Shown: in pieces, positions 26,451 through 37,797 of the stretch
Layout of the letters: each line of letters starts with the position of its first letter
Position numbering within the stretch: the first letter of the stretch is position 1
Assembly: GCA_002633005.1 (NCBI GenBank)
Contig: NMRA01000240.1
Coordinates: 93,351-157,350, forward strand
Direction: 5' to 3'
From: Phoronis australis
Taxonomy: Eukaryota; Animalia; Phoronida
Length of the DNA: 64,000 nucleotides
Made by a program: the position numbers and the translations under genes
Notes under the pieces: generated by a model
Seen by the model: the letters and a program-made list of their open reading frames with translations, nothing else
Told to the model about the DNA's origin: nothing
Databases searched by the model: none

Positions 26451-29400
26451 TGTTAGGAATGATCAGAGCTGATGCAATTTGTTAACCAAAGAATAGTGTG
26501 GAATATTCTAGGAGATTTTAGCATGTATTCACTAAGTTATTAATGTAATATGGACCATTCTAGAACCTATTATATGATTCTAGAATGATTGGGTAGATTC
26601 AGGAAAGTTCTAGCATTTTTGAATTGGTGAAAAGTTCTAGGACATTATATGAGACTACACGTACGCAGGTACAGGTTCGTAACAGTTAAAGTTAGTGGAA
26701 ATCATTTGGAAGTTAGGGTTATCTCCAACCTTATTCACAAAAATGGCCATTTTTACAATATTTCACGTGTCTAGAAAAATTCCTTATCTTCATTCTCGGG
26801 GCACTTCAGGCAAAAATACATACTGCGTAGCGAGAAAAAAAAAAGGATTTAACAAACCCACTTTGAAACAGCACAACCGCGCGGATATTTGTTTACCACT
26901 TATCCGATGTCAAAGGTTAAAGGGCCGCTTTCAATCAAATCGGTTCTCCCGCCAGGTACAGAACAGCTTTGCGCCCTGACATTGAATCAACGTGGTGTAC
27001 TTATGGTAGAATGGTACCGGGGGAAACAAAGACAAAACTAAATAGTTTTGATCCTAAAGGAGTTGTGCGTCTACATGCATACAACCGTTGGCGATGAGAA
27101 CGAATGCTACGGTCGCCTCAGGCCTCTGTGGTCATGAAAAGAGATAAATCCTCACCCTAATTCCTTCATTCAATTAATAAATTGACATTTCAATGTTTCG
27201 ATCTCATGCTTACGACATGCTTTAACTACCGATTCGATTTTTGTTATCCATTTCTTACTTGGTTTCGTATCGGTCTCACAACATGTGTACAGGCTATGTG
27301 TATAACGGTATAAAGGTCACAAACAATAGTAAGAATAAGCTGGGAACGGTACTGTAGTGAGACGTTTTAATGATAATTAAGTTAATTACGCACTGCAAAA
27401 TCAGTTGACATTGCGAGTGAATGTTGAAATAGCGAACATTTTTAAGGTTTGTATAGGTTATGCCTACCGAAAACAAGTTTTCACCGAATAATCAACCGAA
27501 GACTGAGGTTTTCACTTGTCCCAGTTTAATCGGCTTTTTCTCGGCTTCGGCAAATCGACTTTATTTGAACTTAGGAACACGAGTTCTCGAAAACGGCTCA
27601 GTGGATTTCGCTGAAACTTTCCAGATTTAATAATTAGTCATAAGCCTGAAAAACCATGTAAAGAGTGTTTGATATAAAGGCCAATTGTTTGCGTAATGTA
27701 ACAAAGACGAATACGACTTCCTTTTTTACAAAGATACCTTACGTTTTACGAGTTGATTTGTCATAGAAACCAAACGAAAAGACTAATCGAAAATTCCTAA
27801 CAGCGTTTTTGAGGTAACTAGTAAAGTTTTCATTTAAAAAGTTTCATTAAAATCAATCTAGGGGTTATTTTGTTATGAATGTACCTTTCTTAAAAAATTG
27901 ACGTTAAACGTTTTTTACGTAACATGCTATGAACATTCCCACTAAATAAGATTGGTTCTAACCCCAGTGGTTAAGGTAAACGGTGGGGTATGGAAAATTG
28001 AACTAGACCGTACTTATCCACCTTGGCTGAGTCGCGCTCGGTTCACGATCAAAGGGATGCCGCCAAGCTGCTCTAGTCATCGAGTCACGAGCGAGGATAA
28101 TTGGCTTCACTCATGCGGATATGATCAACTGATTACAATCTAGCTAGCAGACTGTACTTTTTATGGAGAGAGTTTTACGTAGTTTTTACGGTAATATTTG
28201 AAAAGAGGAGCGAAAACAAATATGAGTACAGCTTCGAATTTTTCAAATCGGCCCAGGATAAGAGATTTTGCAACACAGCAACACTTTCATTCGGCGCGCA
28301 CTAATACAAAAAATATAGGACCCAAGATTTTGGAACACATGCATTGCAATATTCAAAATACGTTTATTATGAATCTTACAAGCTGTAAAACGACGTTGTT
28401 AATTTCATTGTGTTCATTCATTGTCATCCGTCAAATCGGCAATTTCCGAGATGTGATTTGGGGCGTGCGCGTATGTGTACAAAACACGTGATTGTTATGT
28501 TCCTGAAGTACGAAAATTAAGAAGGCTTTAACATGCCGTTATTATTGACAGGGACGCGATAAAACGAATTTGGATTTTGACTATAGTCTTGATACAGCGA
28601 TCTGACTGACCACTGCGTCAGTGTCTCCGTTAGACCCAGAAATTTCACACAGCCCGGGTAGTTCATTTCGTCCCCAACATGTAGATCGAGCCTTGGACTA
28701 TTAATACTCCACGGCAGAGCTAAAGACAGTCGGCCTGTGCACAAAAAATCTGTGAGTTAACCAGCACTCACCTTGCACGTTACAGCCGTTTAAGTGAAAA
28801 ACAATCTAGTAAACGCCATTTTCTTGCATAATCCTCCGCCTCTTGTAACAAAAAAGTCTATCGTCGATGACCCGCAAACGCACGCTCACTCACTCTCATA
28901 CGCAGACGACCTTCAAAACAAACGTCACGTGACAACAACATGTGTGTTCATCCAGAGATTTTTCTCGTGTTGTGGAGTACGATGTAGCGCACATTTGGAT
29001 TTAATCGCAAATAATCTGGACTCCACATGAACTTTAGAAATTGTAAAACATCAGGAAGATTTCAGGTAATTTGTTGAGTCGAAGCTATATTTTTATTCAA
29101 GAGTACAAGTTTTCCTATTGACGATCGCGATTCAGCGACGCATCAGTCGGCAAGTTTTCGCCCTGTGATGAGCACAATTTTTGAAAAATTATCGTAATTT
29201 AACAACAGAAGCTGATAGCAATGCACCACAATTTTGTAGAAAGGCTGTCATAGGCTACAAATACGTCACAGAGCGCAAATTTAATGAATCCTAGCTTCCG
29301 ATTTTGCCCGTTTGGAAAACCGGGCTTCAACTGCCGTAGGCTCACTACAATAAGCGTCCCCTCCCCGTGAAATGAATTTTTCTAAGCGTTTGTTTGAGCC

Positions 29401-30053
29401 AATACAGTATACAGCTTTCCACCAAGGCTAGGTGATGCAAGACATTATTCTTTGTTGCATTATAGTAACTGGTCTTGGCTAATTATCATTTTACGGCCTG
29501 GTCATCCATTCAGCCAAAAGTAGTTCCAGAGGTGGCTTATCAGCCAATTATTCACGCATGCTGACTCACAATAGAAGCCTGATAAGAGTGAAGGTGGATA
29601 AATGCGGTGTTCCTACAGTTTCTTGTTTTAGTGGATGTGTTCACGACATGAAAATAATAATGGAACATTAATACAAAAAGCATTTTCATATTCCTTAATC
29701 TTTTTTTCAGAAAATTTATACATTTACTAGATGACAAAGCTTAGTTTTTGATGTACAAGTTAGAATAGAGGCCACTAAATAAGGTTGGAGATAACCTTAA
29801 AGAGAATTGAAACAGATACGCTCTCAGTATTGTGGATAGATTCCTGGTGGAATTTCTCCAGCTTCACTCTATGCAATGTCACTGGTTTGCATTTGAACAC
29901 AGTGACTTCTTACCGAGTGCATTCTTACATTAATTTCAATTATTTATTGTTATAAAATCGGCTTCGTGTTATTTTGAGATTCAAATGAGTTCTAAGCTTG
30001 AGAAGACCAGGGGAATAGTGGTCGCTTTATTGTCACCATTCTCAACTCAAACA
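26451..30053 (+). mobile_element. Possible solo LTR interrupted by the 26713-29800 element
   Basis: TGTT...AACA ends and TTCTAG-rich composition like the 41546-42442 LTR; no TSD found. Confidence 0.3.
26713..29800. mobile_element. TTAA-type (Kolobok-like) non-autonomous element, second family
   Basis: TIR TTA(G)GGTTATCTCCAACCTTATT / AATAAGGTTGGAGATAACCTTAA. Confidence 0.75.
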
Positions 30054-30171
30054 AGGGACAGACCAGAACGCGGTGATACTTCGTTTCAAGAGGAAATGCG
30101 TATACGAAGAAACGTGGTGGTCTCACCAGTGCATACTTTATAGTTCCTTTAACAACTATGTCTCGCTTCAG

Positions 30172-30309
30172 AGAGCTCTGATATTGAATGCCACAAGGGT
30201 GGATCGCTGTGTCACGACTCTACGGCATACTGTACAGTAAGTGCTAACAAGTCAAAAAGTTGTGTCTGCCCAGAAGGCGAATATCTGGTGGATAACACCG
30301 TATGTCAAG
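30172..30309 (+). CDS. Internal exon E (ESSDIECHKGGSLCHDSTAYCTVSANKSKSCVCPEGEYLVDNTVCQ)
   Basis: cttcAG acceptor, AAG|GTAAAT donor, 138 nt, phase 1-1, 6-Cys module. Confidence 0.9.
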
Positions 30310-30818
30310 GTAAATGACGCGTACACTGGTTGAGACAAATTAAAAATATAAACCATACGTCTCAGATGATCACTCAAACTTAGGCACTCCAAGTGTCAAG
30401 CAGTCCCAAAAGGTTGAATCAAAAATAAGTAAGTCACAATGAATTTGCGAGAAAGTGTTGAGATATACATGTAGGACGAGTGTTGATTATCGAGTGCAAT
30501 CAGATTTTGACTAGCTTGCACAATCGTACGATCGACGTCGACTTGAGTTTTAATTCGTGTGTTTATGTTAGAATTCTCAGAAAAGCTTACCATAGTTACA
30601 TTGTAGGGCTAATTTAAATAGCCATTTTAGTTATTTCTTTCTTGATCTGAAACAGTATAGCTGATGTGCAAATATTTCATCAATACTTGAGACTGACTGC
30701 TGGAGAAAATCACGCAAAAGTGGGAACATAGCATATCACACACATATAGCTTATTTGTATACCTTGGTAAAATGAACTTTAAAATTATCGCGTAAGTAAA
30801 TAACGACATATCTATCCA

Positions 30819-30860
30819 TTCCAACGTTTCGGTTTATTTCATTACACCATTCTCAAGGAA
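30819..30860 (-). ncRNA. Minimal type I hammerhead ribozyme motif (U3-A8 variant), Penelope pLTR type
   Basis: Minus strand reads UUCC-UUGAGAA-U-GGUGUA-augaaa-UAAACC-GAAAC-GUU-GGAA: stem I UUCC/GGAA, stem II, palindromic AACGUU stem III, GUU cleavage triplet. Confidence 0.6.
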
Positions 30861-30917
30861 ACAGTAACAAACACAAAATAAGCGACACAGGTAGAGATTG
30901 AACCGTACACACATGTA

Positions 30918-30974
30918 TATGCATAGCCTCCTTTATGAGGAGCCTCAGGCTCCTCATAAAGGAGGCTATGCATA
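30918..30974. repeat. Perfect palindrome: 28-bp arms with a 1-nt spacer
   Basis: TATGCATAGCCTCCTTTATGAGGAGCCT-C-AGGCTCCTCATAAAGGAGGCTATGCATA. Confidence 0.95.
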
Positions 30975-32699
30975 CACTATGCGTTACCTCAATAGAAACA
31001 TTGGTTCATTTGAGCTCCAACTGTTTTGATTTCTGGTCTCTCCCCCTCACAATGCATTTTGATGTGTACCTGTGCAGTCTCTTCTCTACCTGTGTCGCGT
31101 TAATTTTAAAGTTCGTGCTTCTGTTCTGGTCTAAATCAAATGTGATCTAGGTAGAATGACTAATTACTGGCATATTAAGCTTTTAGTTTTGAAAAATTTT
31201 CACTTTCTGCAAGGTTGTTTCCCTTATATTTTAGGGGTGAAATGTGATAAGGCGATGACGTCAATTTTAGCGAACTTTAGACAATTGCTGCAAAATACCA
31301 GTACAAAAAAACTACTTTCTATCACGAATATTTCTATTCTAGGTTAATTAATGGAAATTTCGCTGAGTGACCTACATTTCAAATAGGTTTCAACACCACT
31401 CGGCCAGTTTTAACAAAAAAACTTCAATTTTGCGAAGTATTGAAACTCGAACGACATATGCGCCCACTTTCTCTGCAAAATAGAGTCAACTGCCTTCACA
31501 AGGTTTTTAAATAATATACACATAGTAAGGTGTTATCTAATATAAAAAACAAATGTCTAATGATAAATCCACTCTTGTAAAACATTTCATGCTCACCATC
31601 ACATATTCATGATAATTTTGCCAAGTGCCGGTATGTTGATTTGATAGCATTATCGATACTTGCTTTCTTTCAGATTTTTGATGTTTTGGATTTCAGTTGA
31701 GTAAGTGGTCCATTCGAGGTATCCACAAAATGTGTTAATGACATACATAGTAAACTGGATTGCTTAAAGGTCATTCATATACGAATACTAAAAAAGTTTA
31801 TAGCAAAACTGCTTTTAAAATGCATACTTGTATTGACCTTAAACAAACAATTTAGTCGAAATAATCCCTCTAGGTAATGTTACGAGACAAACCTAAAATT
31901 AAACCTTTCAAACAGTATCCAGGTGTAATTATTAAGCACTCTGTTCAATAACAGTGCCATAACTACATTTCAAGAGCTAAAATACTGTTGAAGCAAAATC
32001 CAACCGATTTCTGTTGGCCTTTCATGCGCGTGCTTGTGATCAAAAGTATATGTGTAGGCCTATAGTAGGTCTGTTCACATTACACATTAAAAGCAGACGA
32101 GGGTTTTTATCCTCCCCCAATGTAGTCACTACACAAGATAATAACAGATGTAAAATTAACGACAACACTTTGTGCAGGTCCGCAAACCAACCAGTTTTTT
32201 CAATGGGGGTAGGTGGGGCTCTAATTTCCACGATTTTGTACCTTGGCGGTGGCGTTCAACAGTCATTGGCCAAGTGACGCAACAAACCACAGAGATCGTA
32301 GATGGAATCCTCCAGTCGGTCAATCAAGATGGATTTCGTTTCTTCCACAACGGAGGGATAGTCGTTTTGGTAACTTTTCACCTAACACACCACCACTCCA
32401 CAACGCTTACCCACAACAGCGTCTTAGCAAAGATAATTTTAGCGCTGAGAAATATTACTCGAAATACGATATAGTACTTTGTTCTAGTCGGGCTAAGCGA
32501 GTGAGACCAACAATTAAGATTGTTTCAACTGTAGTAAATGCAGGGGAAGTCACGCCTGGTTCGTGGCTCGGTCAAGACTTGCACGTGCTTTATTCACGCT
32601 CATCTCACAATAAGTTTCTGGCACAGTCGCGCTTTCGATCAGTTCTTATTGTCGATTAACGCCTGAATCTCCTGTCCCTCTTCGGTTACGGTCACGCTT

Positions 32700-33900
32700 A
32701 GCCAGACCAGAGGCAGCCGGACGAAGTTTAATAACTTAATGGCTGTACTGTACATAAATGTAAGAATTAGTACCAGCAAACCAAAGGTCTTGTCTATTTC
32801 ATTACAACTCTCTTCCTTTTCATCTCTTCAAAATCACGGACTAGCTCATCCACCTTCCACGGAATGCACCCAAGCGTTACACATCTTTCTGCTCAGTCCC
32901 CAGGTAGTCCTGCATCATTCATTACTGTCCGTCTCATTACGGCCTGGCAGCGGCCTCCTTGCTTTATGACACTCATTTTAGGCAATTGAGGTCATATTTT
33001 CCCTTCACTTGGACAAGATCAAACGCCACCTTCTAATCGCCAGTCTTTTACCAAGACCCATCCACCTCCACTATTTTAGAGGCCACTGCTCCTCAATCTC
33101 AAACCCAAAGTCTTTCCGCATTTGGGAGTCCTACAACCTTCCCCACTACCGATAACAGCAGTGTGGTGGCTTCTGTGGCGCCAAGCAGACGACAAGCCAA
33201 AGTTACTGCAGCGCCCACCATCTCATGTCAGCTACCAGGTATCCCAACACCCGTGAAATTAAACCAACGTAAATCTTGCCCTACAGATTACGATATCCAC
33301 TTGGCTACGGAATGGGTTAAATTTTTCTTATTGGGTCTCAGAACTTACACCCCCTCCCCCACTAACCATCCGTCTCTCTCGTAATCCCCACCTTACATTT
33401 CAGAAACTACATACCGAGGTTCTACTGGGCCGATCCGATACATCGGTCCCTTTACATGCCCTCCATTTTCTCTTCGTCTCTGTTTGACGTCATCTTCAAG
33501 TCTTAACCTACCAGTTTCTGCCTAATCCATAACCTGTCTTACCCGCCGGGACCCTCATTTTTTAAGTCCAAAACCAATCCATTAACAATACCATCCGGTT
33601 GGTTCAGCACTTTATAACCAACTCTTTCAAGACTGACATGAAGGACGTATTTTGCAGTATCATGCTGTTCATCCCGATAACTACCGTTTTTTGATGTATT
33701 CTGGGCTTACAACGTTTGCTTATATCCGAGTGGGCTTCTAGCTTCAACATCAGTGATACAAACGTTTATGCAGCATAAGCTGGATGTATTTGGCGTGACT
33801 CATTACCTCGACAACTTCGTTTCCGCGCCTCCCCCTAATCCTCACTCTTCACCCAAATGATCTAAGAGCCTCCCCACATCACATTCATGTCACTCTGCGA
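32700..33900 (+). mobile_element. Decayed Ngaro/DIRS-like tyrosine-recombinase retrotransposon RT region
   Basis: Ordered motifs across frameshifts: PTPVK (33244), EVLLG..IGPFTCPPF, FCLIHNLSYPPG, FKTDMKD.F, VTHYLDNF (33795-33818). These match DIRS/Ngaro RT motifs GPF..PPF, RLIHHLSYP, KTDIKSAF and HYLDDF. The left boundary is approximate. Confidence 0.75.
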
Positions 33901-36545
33901 CTCGGTCCAACCAACCACCGCAGTTTCCACAAATGACATTCATCTCGACTAAACATGGCCGCTTGTCTCCCTCAGGTCCAGATGGCGAGGGCTACGGGGC
34001 TCCCAACCCCTTTACTTGTTTCAAGGCTACGTGTGCGAAACATGAGTCGTCTGTCGCATGTAGGCCCACTCCAGCGAGTGCGTGAACTCACGCGTGCGCA
34101 CCACACCGAAGCAGCGTATCAAAAGAGAACAGCGACTGTCCTTAATCGTTGAGTATGCCGGCTTTGCTCTGTTACGCATCCGGGTGCCAATGATTGAGTT
34201 GACAATGAGCTTCATTGATTCCAGGCAGTTATACTTGTAAAAGACCCGATGCTTTACGTTATTCCCTCAAACCAATGTAATACAAACTTGATACTTTCCT
34301 GTTCCAATCTTTCCCCGGGTCAATGTTCCCTAGGCCCGATGTTACATGTATATGACCGTAGCCAGCTATATCAATTAAGGGGTTGAGATGCAACATTGTG
34401 GTTATCGAGCTTGTTATTCTTCTCATCATACACCTTCGCCATTTTTCCGCTTCTCGGACCAAGCAATAAAATTTTCAGAGACCAATAGAAAGAATTCTTT
34501 TCCAGGGAATCAAAAACAAAATTATTCCAGGTGGCTATAAAGGGCACAGTGTAGTTGCTAAATATAGCAAGAAAGTCAACCTTACGAGACATGAGCGGCA
34601 CAGCACTTTGATAAGTGGTCCTATAGCCCTTTGTGGTGCGCGCCTCCCATGCCGATGGGCGGAACAGAACTGAAATATATAACCCCCCACACCCCATGGT
34701 GCACCGACCATGTTAGAGGGGGTGATGCAAATGCCAACTTGTAACACACACTGTGCTCATTACTGTCTTAGATTAGGTCTGCAGTTAATTCCTCAGCTTG
34801 TGATTGGCGTAACATACCATCTTGTGTTTGTCTTTTGTTGGATTTAGCGCCACCTGTTGTTCATAATTTAACATTTGGCCTCACAAAAACAGTTTTTCTA
34901 CAAAAAATGTGCAACTTAAAACGTGGGAACTATTCAAATATCAATTGCTTGATGGTATAGCTAGACATACAGAAAAAATCAAGTTGCCCACCTGACATGG
35001 TCACAGGATGAAACGACTGGAGTGACTGCCCATGGCCTAAGAAGCGAAGTACAGAAAGAAAAAACTTGTAATACAATGGCTGTGTTTAGGACTCACACTC
35101 AGGCCAATTTGGGAGCTTGACCCGGACCTTCAAAATGAGGAATTATAGCCAGTATTGCGCCCTCAAGGAAGTTCACGTGGAGAACTGGATACACTGCAGT
35201 CGTTGAACAATTTAATCTGTTATAATTAAGTTAAACCTACTTTCACTTAGATCACTTAAGGTTATGGGTTTGGTCTGTAATAGTATCCTCGACAAAACAG
35301 GTGTGGTATATGGGCTTAGAGAGAACTAACAGAGACCATGGAGTGTTATGTTAGTCGCAGTGCATGGTCTCTAGCAGTAACGGTTATTTTAAAACCAAAA
35401 ATTACATCTTATCTGTATAAGAACTAAATTCAGACCATCTTATAAGGGTACTGTTAATACAAGAATAGCCTCTCATTACCAAAAGATCCTCAACACTTAT
35501 TCAATTTTTGTGGATACATAAACATGTGCACAGAAGCCAACTAATCCTTGCAGGCTACAGTAGTTAGTAGAACTTAATCTTGACATGTTGAGTCGCCACG
35601 GGGCTTCAGGATGTGAAAACTTTCAAAGGCGCACCCAGTGCCTCCCTCTGGTTTCCTGTAGGCCGTTTATTGACAAGGATTTCTTCGAATCAGTCTATCA
35701 TTAAAATATTGAAGCAGTCAAGCAGATACTTGACAAGCAACCAGGAGAGCAAGGTGACAAAGCATATTATGGGGGTTTGGGGATCGTCGTCAAAAAAATT
35801 CCCAGTCTTTCTTCCTCATAACATGAATTCTTGTTATTCCACTTGTAACCTGTTATGGTTTATCACTCTTGCACTCATAGGGTTGCACAAACGTTTGTTT
35901 AGGGATTTCCAGGACATGTACTTACGGCACTTTAATGTGATAGACATGAACACCAACAGAACATCATATCACACAATGTTATTGACATGTGCGAGTTTGC
36001 TATAAATCTGTCTCTTTATCAACAATTCTTTCCTAGAAACATTTTTCAAAAAAATATAAATCTTGCATTTTAATCGTTAACTATCGGGATTGTCTTTTGT
36101 GTAATTCACAGACAGTGGTCTTTTGATGGAGGTCAATGCTAAATGTTTGTAGCTTTTTCAATAGTCTCACATCGTTTGATCATTTGGGTCACGTCTCGAA
36201 ATCACTGCGCTTCACGTGAACGTAAATTGTGGTTTTCTTAAACTAAGTTAAAATGTTGCTGTGGTACTTGGCCCTATCAGTAATTGACAGTGCTGGATTT
36301 AAAGGGGTGAAAGGCGACAATTAAATTAATTATTACATTGTCTCAGTCGTTACCCCCTTATCTAGAGCCCGAGGGTCTAATGCCCCTCGGCCGATAATTA
36401 GAAGTCCCTCAGGATCTAGATTACCAAAGCTTAACATCTGGTTTCAAGGTTGATCATCACTTCATACATGAAGTCAAAATAACACTAATCAACAAACGTA
36501 AAGCTAAAAACTGTGACATGTAACTTACTCTTTTCTCTTTGACAG

Positions 36546-36763
36546 AGAACTCAATGGTGTGGATGGTGCTGGAGGCACTGGACGTAGATCTGGGATTCAT
36601 AGAAGACGACCCAGTCACAAAAGGATATGTAATCTGGGCAATAGCAGCAATGGCTAGCTTTCTGGTTTTGGCACTCCTAGTGTATGTCGTCAGATGTGTA
36701 TACCGGACAATGTGTGACCTAGACGAAGACGATGATGATGATGATGATGATGATGATGACTAG
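36546..36763 (+). CDS. Terminal exon: stalk, transmembrane helix (VIWAIAAMASFLVLALLVYVV) and poly-Asp tail
   Basis: Polypyrimidine tract plus gacAG acceptor, phase 1 compatible with exon E, 21-aa hydrophobic run followed by RCVYR, (GAT)9 within D11, TAG stop. Confidence 0.85.
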
Positions 36764-36777
36764 CATACTGACCCCAG

Positions 36778-36783
36778 AATAAA
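36778..36783 (+). promoter_or_regulatory. Candidate polyadenylation signal AATAAA
   Basis: AATAAA 15 nt after the stop codon; a second AATAAA lies near 37684. Confidence 0.3.
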
Positions 36784-37797
36784 CTTGATGTGGACAGAAA
36801 CTAGCAAACTGTTATCATTGAGCCATGGGAAGATTTGTTGCCAGATGTGAACAATTCTGTAATGCGTATACATAAATGTCTAGTTGACAGGTCAGTCACC
36901 TATGCATCCCCGTATGCATATCAGGTGATTCTCTAGTAATTACCTGTTTGCAGTAACTTCTGAGACAGTCCCATCCGATTGATCTGTCCACAGACAACGA
37001 CTGTTTCTAGCAGGTAACCTCTTCATACTATTTCTCGTAATACACGTAACTATTACATGTTTTTCTCTGTCATTTAGCAAGACAAAAAATTACAAGGATT
37101 GTGATTGAAGAGAAATTAACGAGTAAATACGAATTGTGTAAATGAAAACTTCAACTTTGATTAAAAGCAATGTTGGAGCAAAGTTTTGGTTTCCTTCAAT
37201 TGGTGTTTCCGTCTCCGATGCTCTTTCATGTTAGAATGATGTATTATCATGAAAGACGGATTTGATGACTCGAATAACCGCCTGATAAGTTGAACTCAAA
37301 CTCGACTGTTCATGTCAACTTTCATCAACACGAAGTCATGCAACGATCTGCAAAGGCAAGGGCAATAGCTGTATTAGTTATAACGACGGAATGGTCAGCC
37401 TTGAACTGATTAGAGTGTTGCTGCAAAAATGCTCGGTGAGCCAAATTTTCAGGTTTCATCAAATAAGGAAGATTTTATAGACCCATTGCTCCTGCCTGTG
37501 AACATGTTTCGTATCAACAAAATATCGTTTTCCTAAAGTTATGAATAACCTGATCAGCTAGTCTTGTCATAAGCCAAAAACTAACATAGAACTATGCGTT
37601 TTCTGAAAGTATGAACATGTGGCGCATTTGATTTGAACTTTATACCAATCTTTTCGTGCATTGGTCATATGCTCATGTATTTTAATAAAGCAGAACAGAT
37701 TCGTACTGTGGTATTAAGGATTTTTTGAAAACAATTTGTAACCCTGGCGTGCGTTCAATGACACAAGGACCTACGTTAAAGTTTAGCCAAAGTCACT

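Noticed and set aside
35611-35705. Possible extra Cys exon (GCENFQRRTQCLPLVSC...)
   Set aside because: Three Cys only, no donor before the stop and a poor pyrimidine tract
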